A stretch of DNA of 64,000 nt. It comes from the human T2T-CHM13v2.0 reference genome, Homo sapiens. Positions within the stretch are counted from its first letter, which is position 1, and every line of letters starts with the position of its first letter. The position numbers and the translations under genes are program-made. The notes under the pieces are model-generated. The model was not told the DNA's origin. It saw only the letters and a list, made by a program, of their open reading frames with translations, and did no database searches. Shown here in pieces: positions 25,601 through 37,579 of the stretch. Location of the stretch: the NCBI RefSeq assembly GCF_009914755.1, contig NC_060926.1; one strand, 5' to 3'.

Positions 25601-27905
25601 TCAGAGTGAGAAGGTCACGAGTCCCCAGAGGATGCAGAGATGGGCGTGTTTGCAATCCACCTGCCTTACCCTGCACAGCACATGCTCCTTCATTCCTCCA
25701 GCCCTGCCCTCTGCCCACTCTCTCCGCTCCCTCCCCACCTTGAGACCCTTGCACGTGTCGTTGTGTGTGTCTGCAAGATTTCTTTTTCTACGCCCCACCG
25801 GAATCCCCATCTCTTCCTGTCTGATTAACTCTCCTTCAACCTGCAGGCCACCCAGTGACAATCACCTCCTCAAGGAAGCCTCCTTGGCTGCCCTGGAGCC
25901 GGGTGAGTCCTTGCTGCTCCTTAGAGGCCAACATACCGCTTTCCTTCACAGAACTCGCCAGAATTCCATTCCAATACTGACTTGCTTGATTACGTGTCTA
26001 GTGCCTGTCTCCCCTACCAGAATGCAAGCTCAGTGAGGGAGGGCTCGTGGGCATTGTTTGCATATGTGTTCTGCCTTATACTAACAGCTGAGGAAGTGTG
26101 TGTGCTATAACAACCTGATTTAATAAAGAAAGGACACTGCTTAGCACAGGTAGACAATAAACCTTGCTCTTTTTCTCAGTCTGTGGCCCACCACTTTAAT
26201 CTTTGCTCTCCTAAATCAGTTCTCCTTGGAGAAAGTGACGTGTTTCACCAGGATCTACTTTTTAGAAGAGGTTATGCAAAGCGACTCTATTAGGCTGTGC
26301 ATAATTCCAGACACCCCACTGGACTAAAGCCATTCAGATGCAGATCACGCGCCAGGATCATATCTGGAATCTACATACCTGGGCTTAAATTCAGCCTGTG
26401 CCAGTCACTGTTTGTGTGAATGTTGGAGAAGGACCAATCTCATTACACCTCAGTTTCCCCTCTAAAGGAGAATAAAAATGGCTGCCTCTCAGGATTTGGT
26501 TATTATTCTCTTTTCCATGTGTTTACAAAGCCTGCCACATGACAGACACTCCATCAATGTTAGTCCCCCTCTCCCCTGTTCATGTTTTCTTTCTTTTGTC
26601 TTGGCTGTCTGGAAGAAAACCCAGCACACAGTAAGTTCTCCATTTAAGAGTAGAAAATTAAACTGACAACACTTTGCTGTTAGCCAAAGCAGAAGAACCA
26701 AAGGGCACGTTTGGAGAGAATGAAGGTCAGTTCAGCTTCTGCGGCAGACGAGATGTTAGGTGGAGTGGTGCTGGGGCAGTGGGAAACACAGGACTGCGAC
26801 GTGGGCCCAAGTGAAAAGGTTTGAGAGGAATCTACCCAGTGCCAACAGCCCTGTAAGGGTCTGGAGCCAAAAAGAACAGTGCTAGAATTTTCTCACTGTG
26901 GTTTTCTCTTAGCAAAAAAGGGGAGAAAAACTGTTATGGGAAGCGCATATGTGGACTCTCTGTCCAACTCAGGCCAGTATCTCTGAGGACATCCTGAAGC
27001 CTCTGAGGCAGCCTTTGCAGCTTCCGAAGTGAGCTCACAATTCTCCAAGTGGTGGACGAACCCCCAGTTTACAGAGTTGGGGCTGCAGGCAAACTACATC
27101 TGCATGGAGACTTCCTTGACGGCTTTTGGTTCAGGATTGGGGTGCAGATGCCCATCGATGTAGACCAAGGGACAGAGTGCAGAGGGCCGACGGGGCGCAG
27201 CCTTGGGCCTCTGGCTCATCCCAGCTGGAGTGGAGATCAGGGTCATGGATGCCAGTTCCCTGGAAGCTCAAATATCCTGGATTCCCAGTGCTGCAGGCTG
27301 TGGCACCCAAAGAAAGAACACACTTCTTATGCCTTTATTCTGTGAGTTGTTCTGAAGAATTCTGCTGGGTTCCATCTTTGGTTTTCAGCTCTCTATCGTT
27401 TGACTCCCATGTCTGGGGCCCGAAGCTACACCACAGCCTGGCAATGGACACTCAGGGGCTGCAGAACTGTGTTTGTTTTACAACAGACTCATCTATCCAT
27501 CAGTGAAAATTCTCATGTTCCTCTCAGCCTCGGAAGCCACGTGTGTGATCCTAATCCCACAGACTAAGCACGGGGCCAGGTGGCTTCTCCCAGAAGAGTG
27601 CTCTCACTGGACCACACCATGTCTGTCTCCCAGCTGTGGGAACTCTAGGGTGCTTGAGGAATTTCAGTAGGGAGTTGGATCTACCCCATATTGGAGCCCT
27701 CATCGACACACACCATTGGTAATGGCCATAGCCCTCAGCTTCACAGCTTGTATGGGTAGATCCTCTTATCGGCATTATCTTATTTAAATACTTGCAGATC
27801 CAACATCACTTATAGCCCCCAAATCTTAAACCTCAAGAAAAGCAAAAATAGTTTCTGCTAAGGAACACGCTGCGGCCCCTTGGTGATAGAAGTCCTGTAG
27901 CACGC

Positions 27906-28284
27906 TGTGTTAGGCCGTTCTCCCACTGCTATAAAGAACTACCCGAGAGACTGGGTAATTATAAAGAAAAGAGGTTTAGTCAGCTTACGGTCCTGCAGGC
28001 TTTACAGGAAACATGGCTGGGAGGCCTCAGGGAACTCTTAATCATGGTGGAAGGCAAAGGGGAACCAGGCACGTCTTACGTGACCAGAGCAAGAGGAAGA
28101 GAGAGAGAGCGGGGAGGTGCCACACACTTTCAAACAACCAGATCTCCCAGCACTCATGATCACGAGAACAGCAAGGGGGAAATCCGCCCCATGATCCAAT
28201 CACCTCCCACCAGGCTTCACCTCCAACACTGCAGATTACAATTCGACATGAGATTTGGGTGGGGACACAGATCCAAAACACGCA
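27906..28284 (-). mobile_element. MSTA-type MaLR solo LTR
   Basis: tgtgttaggccgttct...gctataaagaactacccgaga...gagatttgggtggggacacagatccaaa. 5-bp TSD cacgc/catgc. Confidence 0.93.
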
Positions 28285-28399
28285 CATGCCAACCTCTCAG
28301 CTTGATGGACTGTGATGGGCTTATTTTCTTAAGTGAGCTATCAATAAACTATGTGAAAGTCAGGTTTCTTTAAAAATTCACTTATTTAGGTTTGTTTGT

Positions 28400-29385
28400 T
28401 TTAATAATCTTTTTATTTCTGAATAGTTTTAGATTTACTGAAAAGTTGTGAAGATCAGTCCGAGTGCCCATCTCTCTCCATTACCAACACCTAACCTACA
28501 TCTAGCTCATTTATCACAATTAATAAGTTACTATTTCTACATTATTACCTAAAGCCTGTAATGTATTCAGGTGGACATAGCTGTCACTGACACCTTTTTT
28601 GACCCAGGATCCCACAGGACATTGAGCCATCGTGTCTCCTTGGGCTCCGCCTGGCTGGGACAGTTTCTGGGACTTCCCTAGTTTTTGTTAACAGCTGTGA
28701 GGAGTGCTGGCTGGGTGTGTTTTGTAGGATGCCCCCTCCAGTGGGGTTTTGCTGAGGTTTATCTTGATGGTTAGACTTGGGTTCTGTGTTTGGGGAGGAA
28801 GATGCAGAGGTAAGTGTCCTCCCATCACGTCCTATCACAGGTATCTGCCACCAGCATAACTTGCCTCTGCTGCTGCTCGACATAGTCACCTGGCCGAGGA
28901 AAGGTTTGTGAGGCTTCTCACTGAAAATCTCTCCCCATTGCGGGCTGCTTCTGTGGGAGAAGTCGCTGTGCACAGCCCACGCTGTAGGGGTGGGAGCTCA
29001 GCCACACCTGCACAAGGGTGCAGTATCTTCATAAATTAGAATTTCTCTGCATGAGAGATTTGTCTATTCTCCTCCATGTATTTACTCAATTATATGTTTA
29101 TATGTGTATAAAAGCACTGGCATGCATTTTATACTTTGGCTTATAATTCAGCACAACATTATTTATTTTGTTGCTGAAATTGCCCCAGCTTCAGCCACTG
29201 GAGAGTCCTTGCAGTCAGCTCCTGTCTCCCCTCAACCTTGCCTCCCATTATATTTGGATTTTGTTTTTAATTTGGGTTTTGAGCACTTCCTTGCTTTCTT
29301 GCTCTGCAAGATGCTCTGGGCTCGTCTTGTACATTTACTGCTTCTGTCCTAGAATCAACCGTTTCTCCAAGGAGTTTACTTCCCT
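28400..29385 (-). mobile_element. L1MC-type 3' fragment
   Basis: tttagatttactgaaaagttg...gacccaggatcccacagg..cattgagccatcgtgtctccttggg...cctagaatcaaccgtttctccaagga. Confidence 0.75.
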
Positions 29386-31670
29386 TTCAAAGTATAAATT
29401 TCCTTGAGATTCTCTAAGGGGAAATAAACTCAGAAAATGCATGCTGTGACTGGTAAGCAAAGGAGGGAGCCCTAGTTTCATGAGCAGGGCAGCTCAGCTC
29501 TTCCCAGAGCCGGCCTTTCCCTCTTCCGGTTCCTATGGCCATACTTCCAAGGCGATAAAACATTTGAAAGAAAGTATTGGAACTATTATATATTAGCAAA
29601 AATATACAGTCTGCATGTATTCTACTTGAGGATATAACACCGATTTTTGGAAGGATCAATAAGGAAATAAGCTGACCAGTAATTACTTTTTTTTTCTTTC
29701 AGTAAAACAGATGCTGTTTTGAATTATGGCTCTGCCATTCACTGGTGATGCGATTTGTCAAATCACCAAACATCCCTAAACCGCAATTTCCTCATCTAAA
29801 AATAGGACCAGGCATGCCTGTACCAAGGGTATTATGAGGAATAAATTAGGACATACGATCTGAGCACCTAGAGGGCCTCACACTTGTGGTTTCTCTTTGT
29901 TTCACACTGAACATGAGTGTTATTCACCACCATTCGCAGGATCTAAACTGGGAGCTCCGTCCCTTCAGGAAGAGCCAGGGAGCAACTGTGTAAGAGGAGC
30001 CTGGGTTTCCCACTGACCCCTGAGATTTCCATGGGCCTGGTCTTCCCAGAGGGCCCCTGGGCTTTCCACAGGCATGCCCAGATTTGCCGAGAATGCTGTG
30101 TGCACACTCATCTCAGCAGGGCAGGCCCATCAGGGAACACGGCCACCTTTAATAACCCTGGAGCGGGAGGTGGGACAATCAACAAGCCTGCCTGCTGCAG
30201 CTGGTTGGGCCTGGGTTCATGTTCCTCATGAGAGGTGGCTGGAGCTCGTGGAGAGACCAGGCGGGGGGCCCACAGCCTGCAGCCCACCCTGGCAGTGCCG
30301 GTCCTCAGCCCAGCAACTCTGGTCAGCCCGTGCAATCTCTCTGTGCGTCCATTTCCTCATTTGCAAATGGAGTAGTTGATGCACTTTGTGTTGAAATTGA
30401 ATAAGATGGTGTGTGGTGTGTGTGGCCAAGAGCAGAGCTCTCTCCTCTCCCGGTGGGTGGGTGGGTGCTGGTGCCTTTCTCACTGCCGTGCACACCTGGA
30501 ACACCTGCCTTCTTCATTCAGAGCCAGGGCCTCTGTGCTCCCCTGAGAGCCTCATCATACCTGAGCTTGGTGACCTGCCCTGCCTTTGCTCTCCGGATGA
30601 CAGCATGAGGCCACCACAGTGACCAGCCACCTCATGAGGGCCCCTGTGCGTCAATCAGCTGGAGTTGGCAGACGCCAGGTCTACTTTGCCATAGGCAGGG
30701 CCATTCAGCGAGTCTTTCTCCTTTCAGCAAATCCCTCAAGGGCAGTGAGTCTGCTTATGCTTAACCAGAGACACACCCTGCCTGGCCCTGGGGCTGGGCA
30801 GTGGGCGATGCTGTGGCTGGAGGAGGAGCTGGGCAGCTGCATGCTGGAGAGGTGAGGCCCACCTGGGAGGGGAGGCTCAGGAAGACCTTCACTCCAGGAG
30901 GCTCCATGCACGTGTGAGGACTGCAGCAGGGCCCAGAGCCAGCTCTCAGAACCAGGGGCAGGCCAGGCAGAGGCAGTGCATGGCCACTGGGCAGAGTGGC
31001 CCCTGCCACTCAAGTCTCCTGGGCTCCAGTCAGCCACACAGGCTCAGGAGGTCAGAGTTCCAGCACCAGCAATGGAATTCACGCCCTGCTCTCTGGTTTC
31101 ATTTGCTTCCGTGCTCAAGGTTGTTTCCCCATGTAACGTCAGGACAGCGCCTCCTGAGAGAAGTGAGGATTGAGTGGGATACTCTGTGTACAGCCTCAGT
31201 TTCCCTGGCACGTGGTAAATACTCAGAAAAGGTGAGCTAGCCTTACCACAGCTTGCTTTTTAGACAACACGGGGGCATTCACGGGATCTGAAACCTCCAT
31301 AGCGGGGTACGAGCTGTCTTAGCAGTCAAGCACATGGCCTCCTTCACACCACGGGCTGAGCGCAGTGACCACAGTCAGGCGGCTACAGGCCAGGAGCCCA
31401 CAGGTGTTGCTGGTGACTGAGGCAGTGAGGAGCCCTGTGAGTCTGCTCTCCAGCCACCCTGCCTGCTGCTCCCTGAGTGCCCGGGAAGTGACTGGGCCAC
31501 CAGCCCTTGTTCCCAAACCTTGGAGAGGAGCCGGGGATACACCTTCAGGCTCCCTCCAACTCCAAAAGTCCAGGAGCTTGGGACGTCTTTTCCTAAAGCT
31601 GTTACAGCTTCATAAACTCGACTTCCGGCAGCTTAATAGGCTTTTGGCTTTGTGGTTCTTCACTAGCGAA

Positions 31671-32063
31671 GTGTGTGTGTATGGGGAGGGGTGTGGATGT
31701 GTGTATGGGGAGGGTGTGGATGTGTGTATGGGGAGGATGTGGATGTGTGTGTAGGGATGGGGGTGTGTGTATGGGGAGGGTGTGGATGTGTGTGTGTAGG
31801 GATGGGGGTGTGTGTATGGGGAGGGTGTGGGTGTGTGTGTGTAGGGATGGGGGTGTGGATGTGTGTGTGTAGGGATGGGGGTGTGGATGTGTGTATGGGG
31901 AGGGGTGTGGATGTGTGTGTGTAGGGATGGGGGTGTGTGTATGGGGAGGGTGTGGGTGTGTGTGTGTAGGGATGGGGGTGTGGATGTGTGTGTGTAGGGA
32001 TGGGGGTGTGGATGTGTGTATGGGGAGGGGTGTGGATGTGTGTGTGTAGGGATGGGGGTGTGT
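31671..32063. repeat. G-run/GT minisatellite (gtgtatggggagggtgtggat / gtgtagggatggggg)
   Basis: Two alternating G-rich blocks with dense GGG(G) runs on the + strand. Confidence 0.93.
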
Positions 32064-33495
32064 GCCAGTGGTAGATGGATGTGTAGGAGGCATGTGTGGC
32101 CTGTGTGTGTGTCTGTGGTGTGTACATGTGTATGTGTAGTGCGTGTGTGGTTTGTGGGGTGGTGGTGTGTGTGGGGTGGTGTGTGTATGGTGTGTGTAGA
32201 TGTGTGTGGTCTGTGTGGGGTGGTGTGTTTATGGTGTGTGTAGATGAGTGTGGTGTGTGTGGGGTGGTGTGTATGGCATGTGTATATATGTGTGGTGTGT
32301 GTGAGGTGCTGTGTGTATGGTATGTGTATATATGTGTGGTGTGTGTGACGTGGTGTGTATAGATACGTGTGGTGTGTAAGGTGGTGTGTGTATACATGTG
32401 TGTGGTTTGGGGGGTGGTGGTGTGTGTATGGTGTGTGTATATATGTGTGGTGTGTGTGAGGTGATGTGTGTATGGTGTGTGTAGATGTGTATGGTGTGTG
32501 TGAGGTGATGTGTGTATGGTGTGTGTAGATATGTGTGGTGTGTGAGGTGGTGCATGTATGGCACGTGTAGATATGTGTGGTGTGTGGGGGGTGGTGTATG
32601 TATGGTGTGTGTATATATGTGTGTGGTGTGTGTGAGGTGGTGTGTGTATGCTGTGTGTACATATGTGTGTGGTGTGTGTGGGGTGGTGTATGTATGGTGT
32701 GTGTATATATGTGTGTGATGTGTGTGAGGTGGTGTGTGTATGGTGTGTGTATATATGTGTGTGATGTATGTGCAATGGTGTGTGTATGGTGTGTGTAGAT
32801 ATGTGTGCGGTGTGTTTGGGGTGATGTGTGTATGGTGTGTGGGGTGGGGTGTGTATAGCGTGGATATATGTGTGTAGGGGGGATGGGGTGTGTATGGTGT
32901 GTGTATATATGTGTGGTGTGGGGGGGGTGGTGGGCTATGTATGGTGTATGTATATATGTGTGGTGTGTATATATGTGTGTGTGGTATGGGAGGGTGGCAG
33001 TGTGTATGGTGTGTGTAGATATGTGTGGTATGTGTGAGCTGGTGTATGTATATGTGTGTGTGGTGTGTGTGGGGTGGTGTGTGTATGGCATGTGTTTATA
33101 TGTGTGGTGTGTGTAGGGGCGATGGGGTGTGTATATATGTGTGGTGTATGGGGGGATGATGGGGTGTGTATGGTGTGTGTATATATGTGTGGTGTGTGTG
33201 TGTGGTGTAGTGTGTGTATGGCGTGTGTCTATATGTGTGGTGTAGGGGAGTGGGGTGTGCATGTGGTGTGTATATGTGTTTGGTGTGTGTGGGGTGGTGG
33301 TGTGTGTGGGGTGGGGTGTGTATGGCGTGTGTATGTATGTGTGTTGTGTGTGGAGTGGAGTGTGTATGGTGTATGTATATATGTGTGGTGTGCGGGGGTG
33401 GGGTGGTGTGTATGGAGTGGTGTGTGGGATGGGGTGTGTGTGGCATGTGTATATATGTTGGGGGGTGGGGTGTGTATATGTGTGTGGGGGGGTGG
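32064..33495. repeat. 1.4-kb degenerate (TG)n/(TATG) low-complexity tract
   Basis: Recurrent gtgtgtatggtgtgtgtatatatgtgtggt motif. Source of the His/Thr and Val/Cys ORFs. Confidence 0.95.
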
Positions 33496-33620
33496 GATAT
33501 GTTAATTATGGAGGGAATGGAGCGGGTGAAGGTAGGAAGTAGATGGAAATTCTCTGTACTCTGGGCTCCATTTTTCTGTAAACTTAAAACTCCTTTAAAA
33601 AAGAAAGTCTATTAATTTTT
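33490..33620 (+). mobile_element. L1MC/MD 3' terminal fragment
   Basis: atggaaattctctgtactct...tttttctgtaaacttaaaactcctttaaaaaagaaagtctatt. Confidence 0.75.
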
Positions 33621-33679
33621 TTAAATTACGTAGAGTAAAACTGAATTTCATTGATCATTTAAATGACTTCTGGAAAACA

Positions 33680-34150
33680 CCGCCTTTTCCTTCGGTCACT
33701 CAGACCGCGCCCGAGGTCCCTGGTGCCCCCGCGGGGGAGCTGAGGTTTGCGGTCCCTCCTGGGGTTCGCTTCCCGCGGGGCTAAACCGCGGCGACCAGGG
33801 CCCCTTTCTCCACTGGTGCCTTTTCCGGGAAACGCTGCTCCTTAGATGGACGAATACGTACTCGGTACCCAGCACATCCTGGACGAGTTAACTTCCTTAA
33901 TTTCCATATTTGCCGGAGAACCAGCTGGTTCAGAGCGCACAGCAAACGGGAGAAGTTAAACCAGGTTCCGCGACCCAGAGCCCAGGGGTGGCCCCGGGGA
34001 CACCCACCTGACTCCGCACCCCCCACGAGAGGGGAGGATCCCTGCAGACCTCACCTTTGCTGGCAACGCTGCGGCCCGCAGGCTCTTCCCCATCTGAGCG
34101 TCCTGGCCCCCTGTTATTTTTGCCACAGTGCCGCCTCATCCTACCTCTCG
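33680..34150. promoter_or_regulatory. Small non-repeat CpG-rich element (candidate promoter/enhancer)
   Basis: High CpG retention (three CCGCGG sites), TTCCGGGAA (STAT/GAS consensus) at 33823-33831 and the palindrome aaccagctggtt at 33919-33930. Confidence 0.55.
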
Positions 34151-34649
34151 CATGGTCTGGCTCCTGAGTTCCCTCTTCCCTCCAGACCCCTCTCACTCAG
34201 CCCTGGGACCCCCTCCACCCCACCTCGGTTTCCTGCCTCTCCTGTCTTGCCACCCGCTTTCCCTCGAAACTCTGTGGCTTTCAGCAAATGCTCCTCTGTC
34301 CAGCCCGAGCTTCCCTGCAGCAGCGCGTCCTGCTCTCCAGCACACAGCTGGGCTGGGACTCACTGCTCCATCGCCCGCCTCCCTGTGAAAAAGGCCTCTC
34401 CACGTGCTGTGAAGAATAAAAGCAAATGAGATTCTGCCTCCATGACCAGAGTAGAGACCTCTGTGGACATCCTGCAGGCCCAGCAGCAGGGTCACCGCAG
34501 GGAGGCGACATGGACGGGCAGCTGTCTCCAGCACCCACTTCCCAGCCCTCCAAGACACCACTCCCAAAACACAGGAAATCTGCCAGGGGGCCACGTTGGC
34601 ATCCCACCCGCACCAAACATCGCTCGGCCAACTTCACTGGTTGCCCCAT

Positions 34650-35110
34650 TTATCGATTGCTCATAGCAAATTACCCCAAAACTTAATGGATTAAAAATTC
34701 TCTCATTTTATTACATCTCACAATTGTGTGGGTCAGCAACTCATGCAAACCTCGGCGGGCCATTCTCCACATGACGCCATCGGGGTTACTCAGAGGTCAG
34801 CCTGGCCACAGGGAGGTGCTGGGCTGCTCCCTTCACTGCGGGGGGGCCTTGGCCAGAACTGAGCCTCCCCTCTCCTCACCCAGGGAGGCCCCACCCTGTC
34901 CAGGCAGCCTCCCCAGCAGGTGCTAGGAATTCTCCCTGGTGTCCGGGGCTGCCACAGGTGGTGTTCCAAGAGGCCACTTCCAGCTCCTCCTGAGCGAGCC
35001 TCAGGCCTCCAAAGGTGCCCTCTGCATTCTATAGAAGAGACAAGTTGCTGAGGCCAGTCTGGTGTCAGGTGGAAGAGATCAAGACTCCACCTCTCGGAGG
35101 GAAAGCAGCA
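34650..35110 (-). mobile_element. Old MLT1-family LTR
   Basis: attgct..tagcaaattaccccaaaacttaatggattaaaa...tctcacaattgtgtgggtcag...agactccacctct. Confidence 0.7.
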
Positions 35111-35386
35111 GGCTCAGGATGCAGGCCTGAGAACACAGCCCTGGAGCACCTCTGACTCCTGTGAGCTAGCAGAAGCGGAGGAGCAGCATGGAGCCCTCCA
35201 TGGCCCTCCTCGACCACCAGCTCTGTGTCCTCTCCTGTCCTGGGCTGCCCCTCAGGACGTGGGCTTACAGGTGGTTTACCACGAAGGCTCTTGGGATACA
35301 GTCCTGTGGGCAGGGAGGGAGGGAGGCAGAGGAAAGGGAACCCTTGCTGTGGGGCATCCTCTGCAGGACGTCGGCAACCCCGCGGG

Positions 35387-37579
35387 TGATATGGTTTGGC
35401 TGTGTTCCCACCCAAGTCTCATCTTGAATTGTAGTTCCCATAATCCCCACATGTCATAGGAGAGACCCGGTGGGAGGTCATTGAATCATGGGGGTGATGG
35501 TTTTATACGGGGCTTTTCCTCCTTTGCTTGGCTCTCATTCTGTCTCCTGCCAACCTATGAAGAGGTGCCTTCCACCATGATTGGAAGTTTCCTGAGGCCA
35601 CCCCAGCCTTGCAGAACTGTGAGTCAACTAAATATCTTTTCTTTATAAATTACCCAGTCTCAGATATTCCTTCACAGCAGCATGAGGACCGACTAACACA
35701 GTAAATTGGGACTGGGTAGTGGGGACTGCTGTAAAGATACCTGAAAATGTGGAAGTGACTTTGGAACGGGGTAACAGGCAGAGGTTGGAACAGCTTGCAG
35801 TGATCAGAAGAAGACAGGAAAATATGGAAAATTTGGAACTTCCTAGAGACCTGTTGAATGGCCTTGACCAAAATGCTGATAGTGATATAGACAATAAGGT
35901 TCAGGCTGAGGTGGTCTTCGATAGAGATGAGGAACTTGTTGGGAACTGGAATAAAGGTGACTCTTGCTATGTTTTAGCAAGGAGACTGGTGGCATTTTGC
36001 CCCTGCCCTAAAAATCTGTGGAACTTTGAACTTGAGATAGATGATGTAGGGCATCTGGTAGAAAAAATTTCCAAGCAGCAATGTGTTCAAGAGATGACCC
36101 AAGCAATGTTATAAACATTCAGCCTTATGTAATCACAAAATACGTGAAGGGAAGCTGAGCATAAAAGTTCAGAAAATTTGCAGCCTGACAATGTGATAGA
36201 AAAGAAAAACCCATTTTCTGAGGAGAAATTCAAGCTGGCTGCAGAAATTTGCATGAGTAGCAAGGAGCCAAATGTTAAATCACCAAGACAATGAGGAAAA
36301 TGTCTCCATGGCATGTCAGAGGTCTACATAGCAGCCCCTTCCATCACAGGTTGGGAGGCCTAGGAGGGAAAGATGGTTTCCTGTGCCAGGCCATGGTCTG
36401 CTGCTTTGTGCAATCTCAGGACTTGGTTCCCTGTGTCCAATCTGTGGCTAAAAGGAGCTAACACACAGCTTAGGCCATTGCTTCAGAGGGTGCAAGTCCC
36501 AAGGCTTGGTGGCTTACATGTGGTGTTGGGCCTGTGGGTACACAGAAGTCAAGAACTGAGGTTTGGGAACCTCCACCTAGATTTAAGAGAATGTATATCA
36601 ACACCTGGATGTCCAGGCAGAAGTTTGCTGCAGGGGCAGAGCCCTCATGGGAAACCTCTGCTAGGGCAGTGTGGAAGGGAAATATGGAGTCAGAGCCCTC
36701 ACACAGAGTCCACGCTGGGGCACTGCCTAGTGGAGCTATGAGAAGAAGACCACCTTACTCCAGACCCCAGATTTAGATCCACTGACAGCTTGCACTGGAA
36801 AAGCCACAGAAACTCAATGCCAGCCCATGAAAGCAGCCAGAAAGGGGGCTGTACTCTGCAAACCCACAGGGATGGAGCTGCCCAAGGCCATGAGAACCCA
36901 CCTCTTGCATGAGCATGACCTTGATGTGAGACTTGGAGTCAAAGGAGAGCATTCTGAAACTTTAAGATTTGACTGCCTTGCTGGATTTCAGACTTGCATG
37001 GGGTTTCTAACCGCTTCATTTTGGACAATTTCTCCCATTTTTGAACCAGTGTATTTACCCAATGCCTGTACCCTCATTGTATCTAGGAAGTAATTAACTT
37101 GCTTTTGATTTTATAGCCTCATAGATAGAAAGGACTTGCCTTGTCTCAGATGAGACTCTTGGCTTGTACATTTGAGGTAATGCTGGAATGAGCTAAGAAT
37201 TTGGAGGACAATTGGAAAGGCATGATTGTGTGTTGTAATGTGAGGATGTGATATTTGGGAGGGGCTGGGGTGGAATGATATGGTTTTGCTATGTCCACAT
37301 CTAAGTCTCATCTTGTAGTTCTCATAATCCCCATGTGTTGTGGGAGGGACCCAGTAGGAGGTAATTAAATCATGGGGGTGATGGTTTTATAAGGGGCTTC
37401 CTCCCTTTATTCGGCTCTCATTCCTTTGCCTGCCACCCTATGAAGAGGTGCCTTCCACCATGATTGTATGTTTCCTGAGGCCTCCCCAACCATGGGGAAC
37501 TGTGAGCCAATTAAACTCTTTTCTTTATAAATTACCCAGTCTCAGATATTTCTTAATAGCATGAGAACAGACTAATACA
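35387..37579 (+). mobile_element. Full-length THE1 (THE1C/D-like) MaLR element: LTR 35387-35700, internal 35701-37275, LTR 37276-37579
   Basis: Two tgatatggttt...actaa[c/t]aca LTRs. The internal region starts gtaaattgg and carries the MaLR ORF remnant (35719-36114, LELPRDLLNG...AFCPCP). A polypurine tract precedes the 3' LTR. TSD gcggg/gcgag. Confidence 0.96.

Noticed and set aside
31602-33615. His/Thr- and Val/Cys-rich ORFs up to 550 aa
   Set aside because: Translations of (TG)n/(CA)n low-complexity DNA.
33722-33742. CTCF site in the CpG element
   Set aside because: Several core positions mismatch in both orientations; cannot be called without a PWM scan.
35719-36114. Protein-like 131-aa ORF
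   Set aside because: It is the decayed MaLR internal ORF of the THE1 element, not a host gene.
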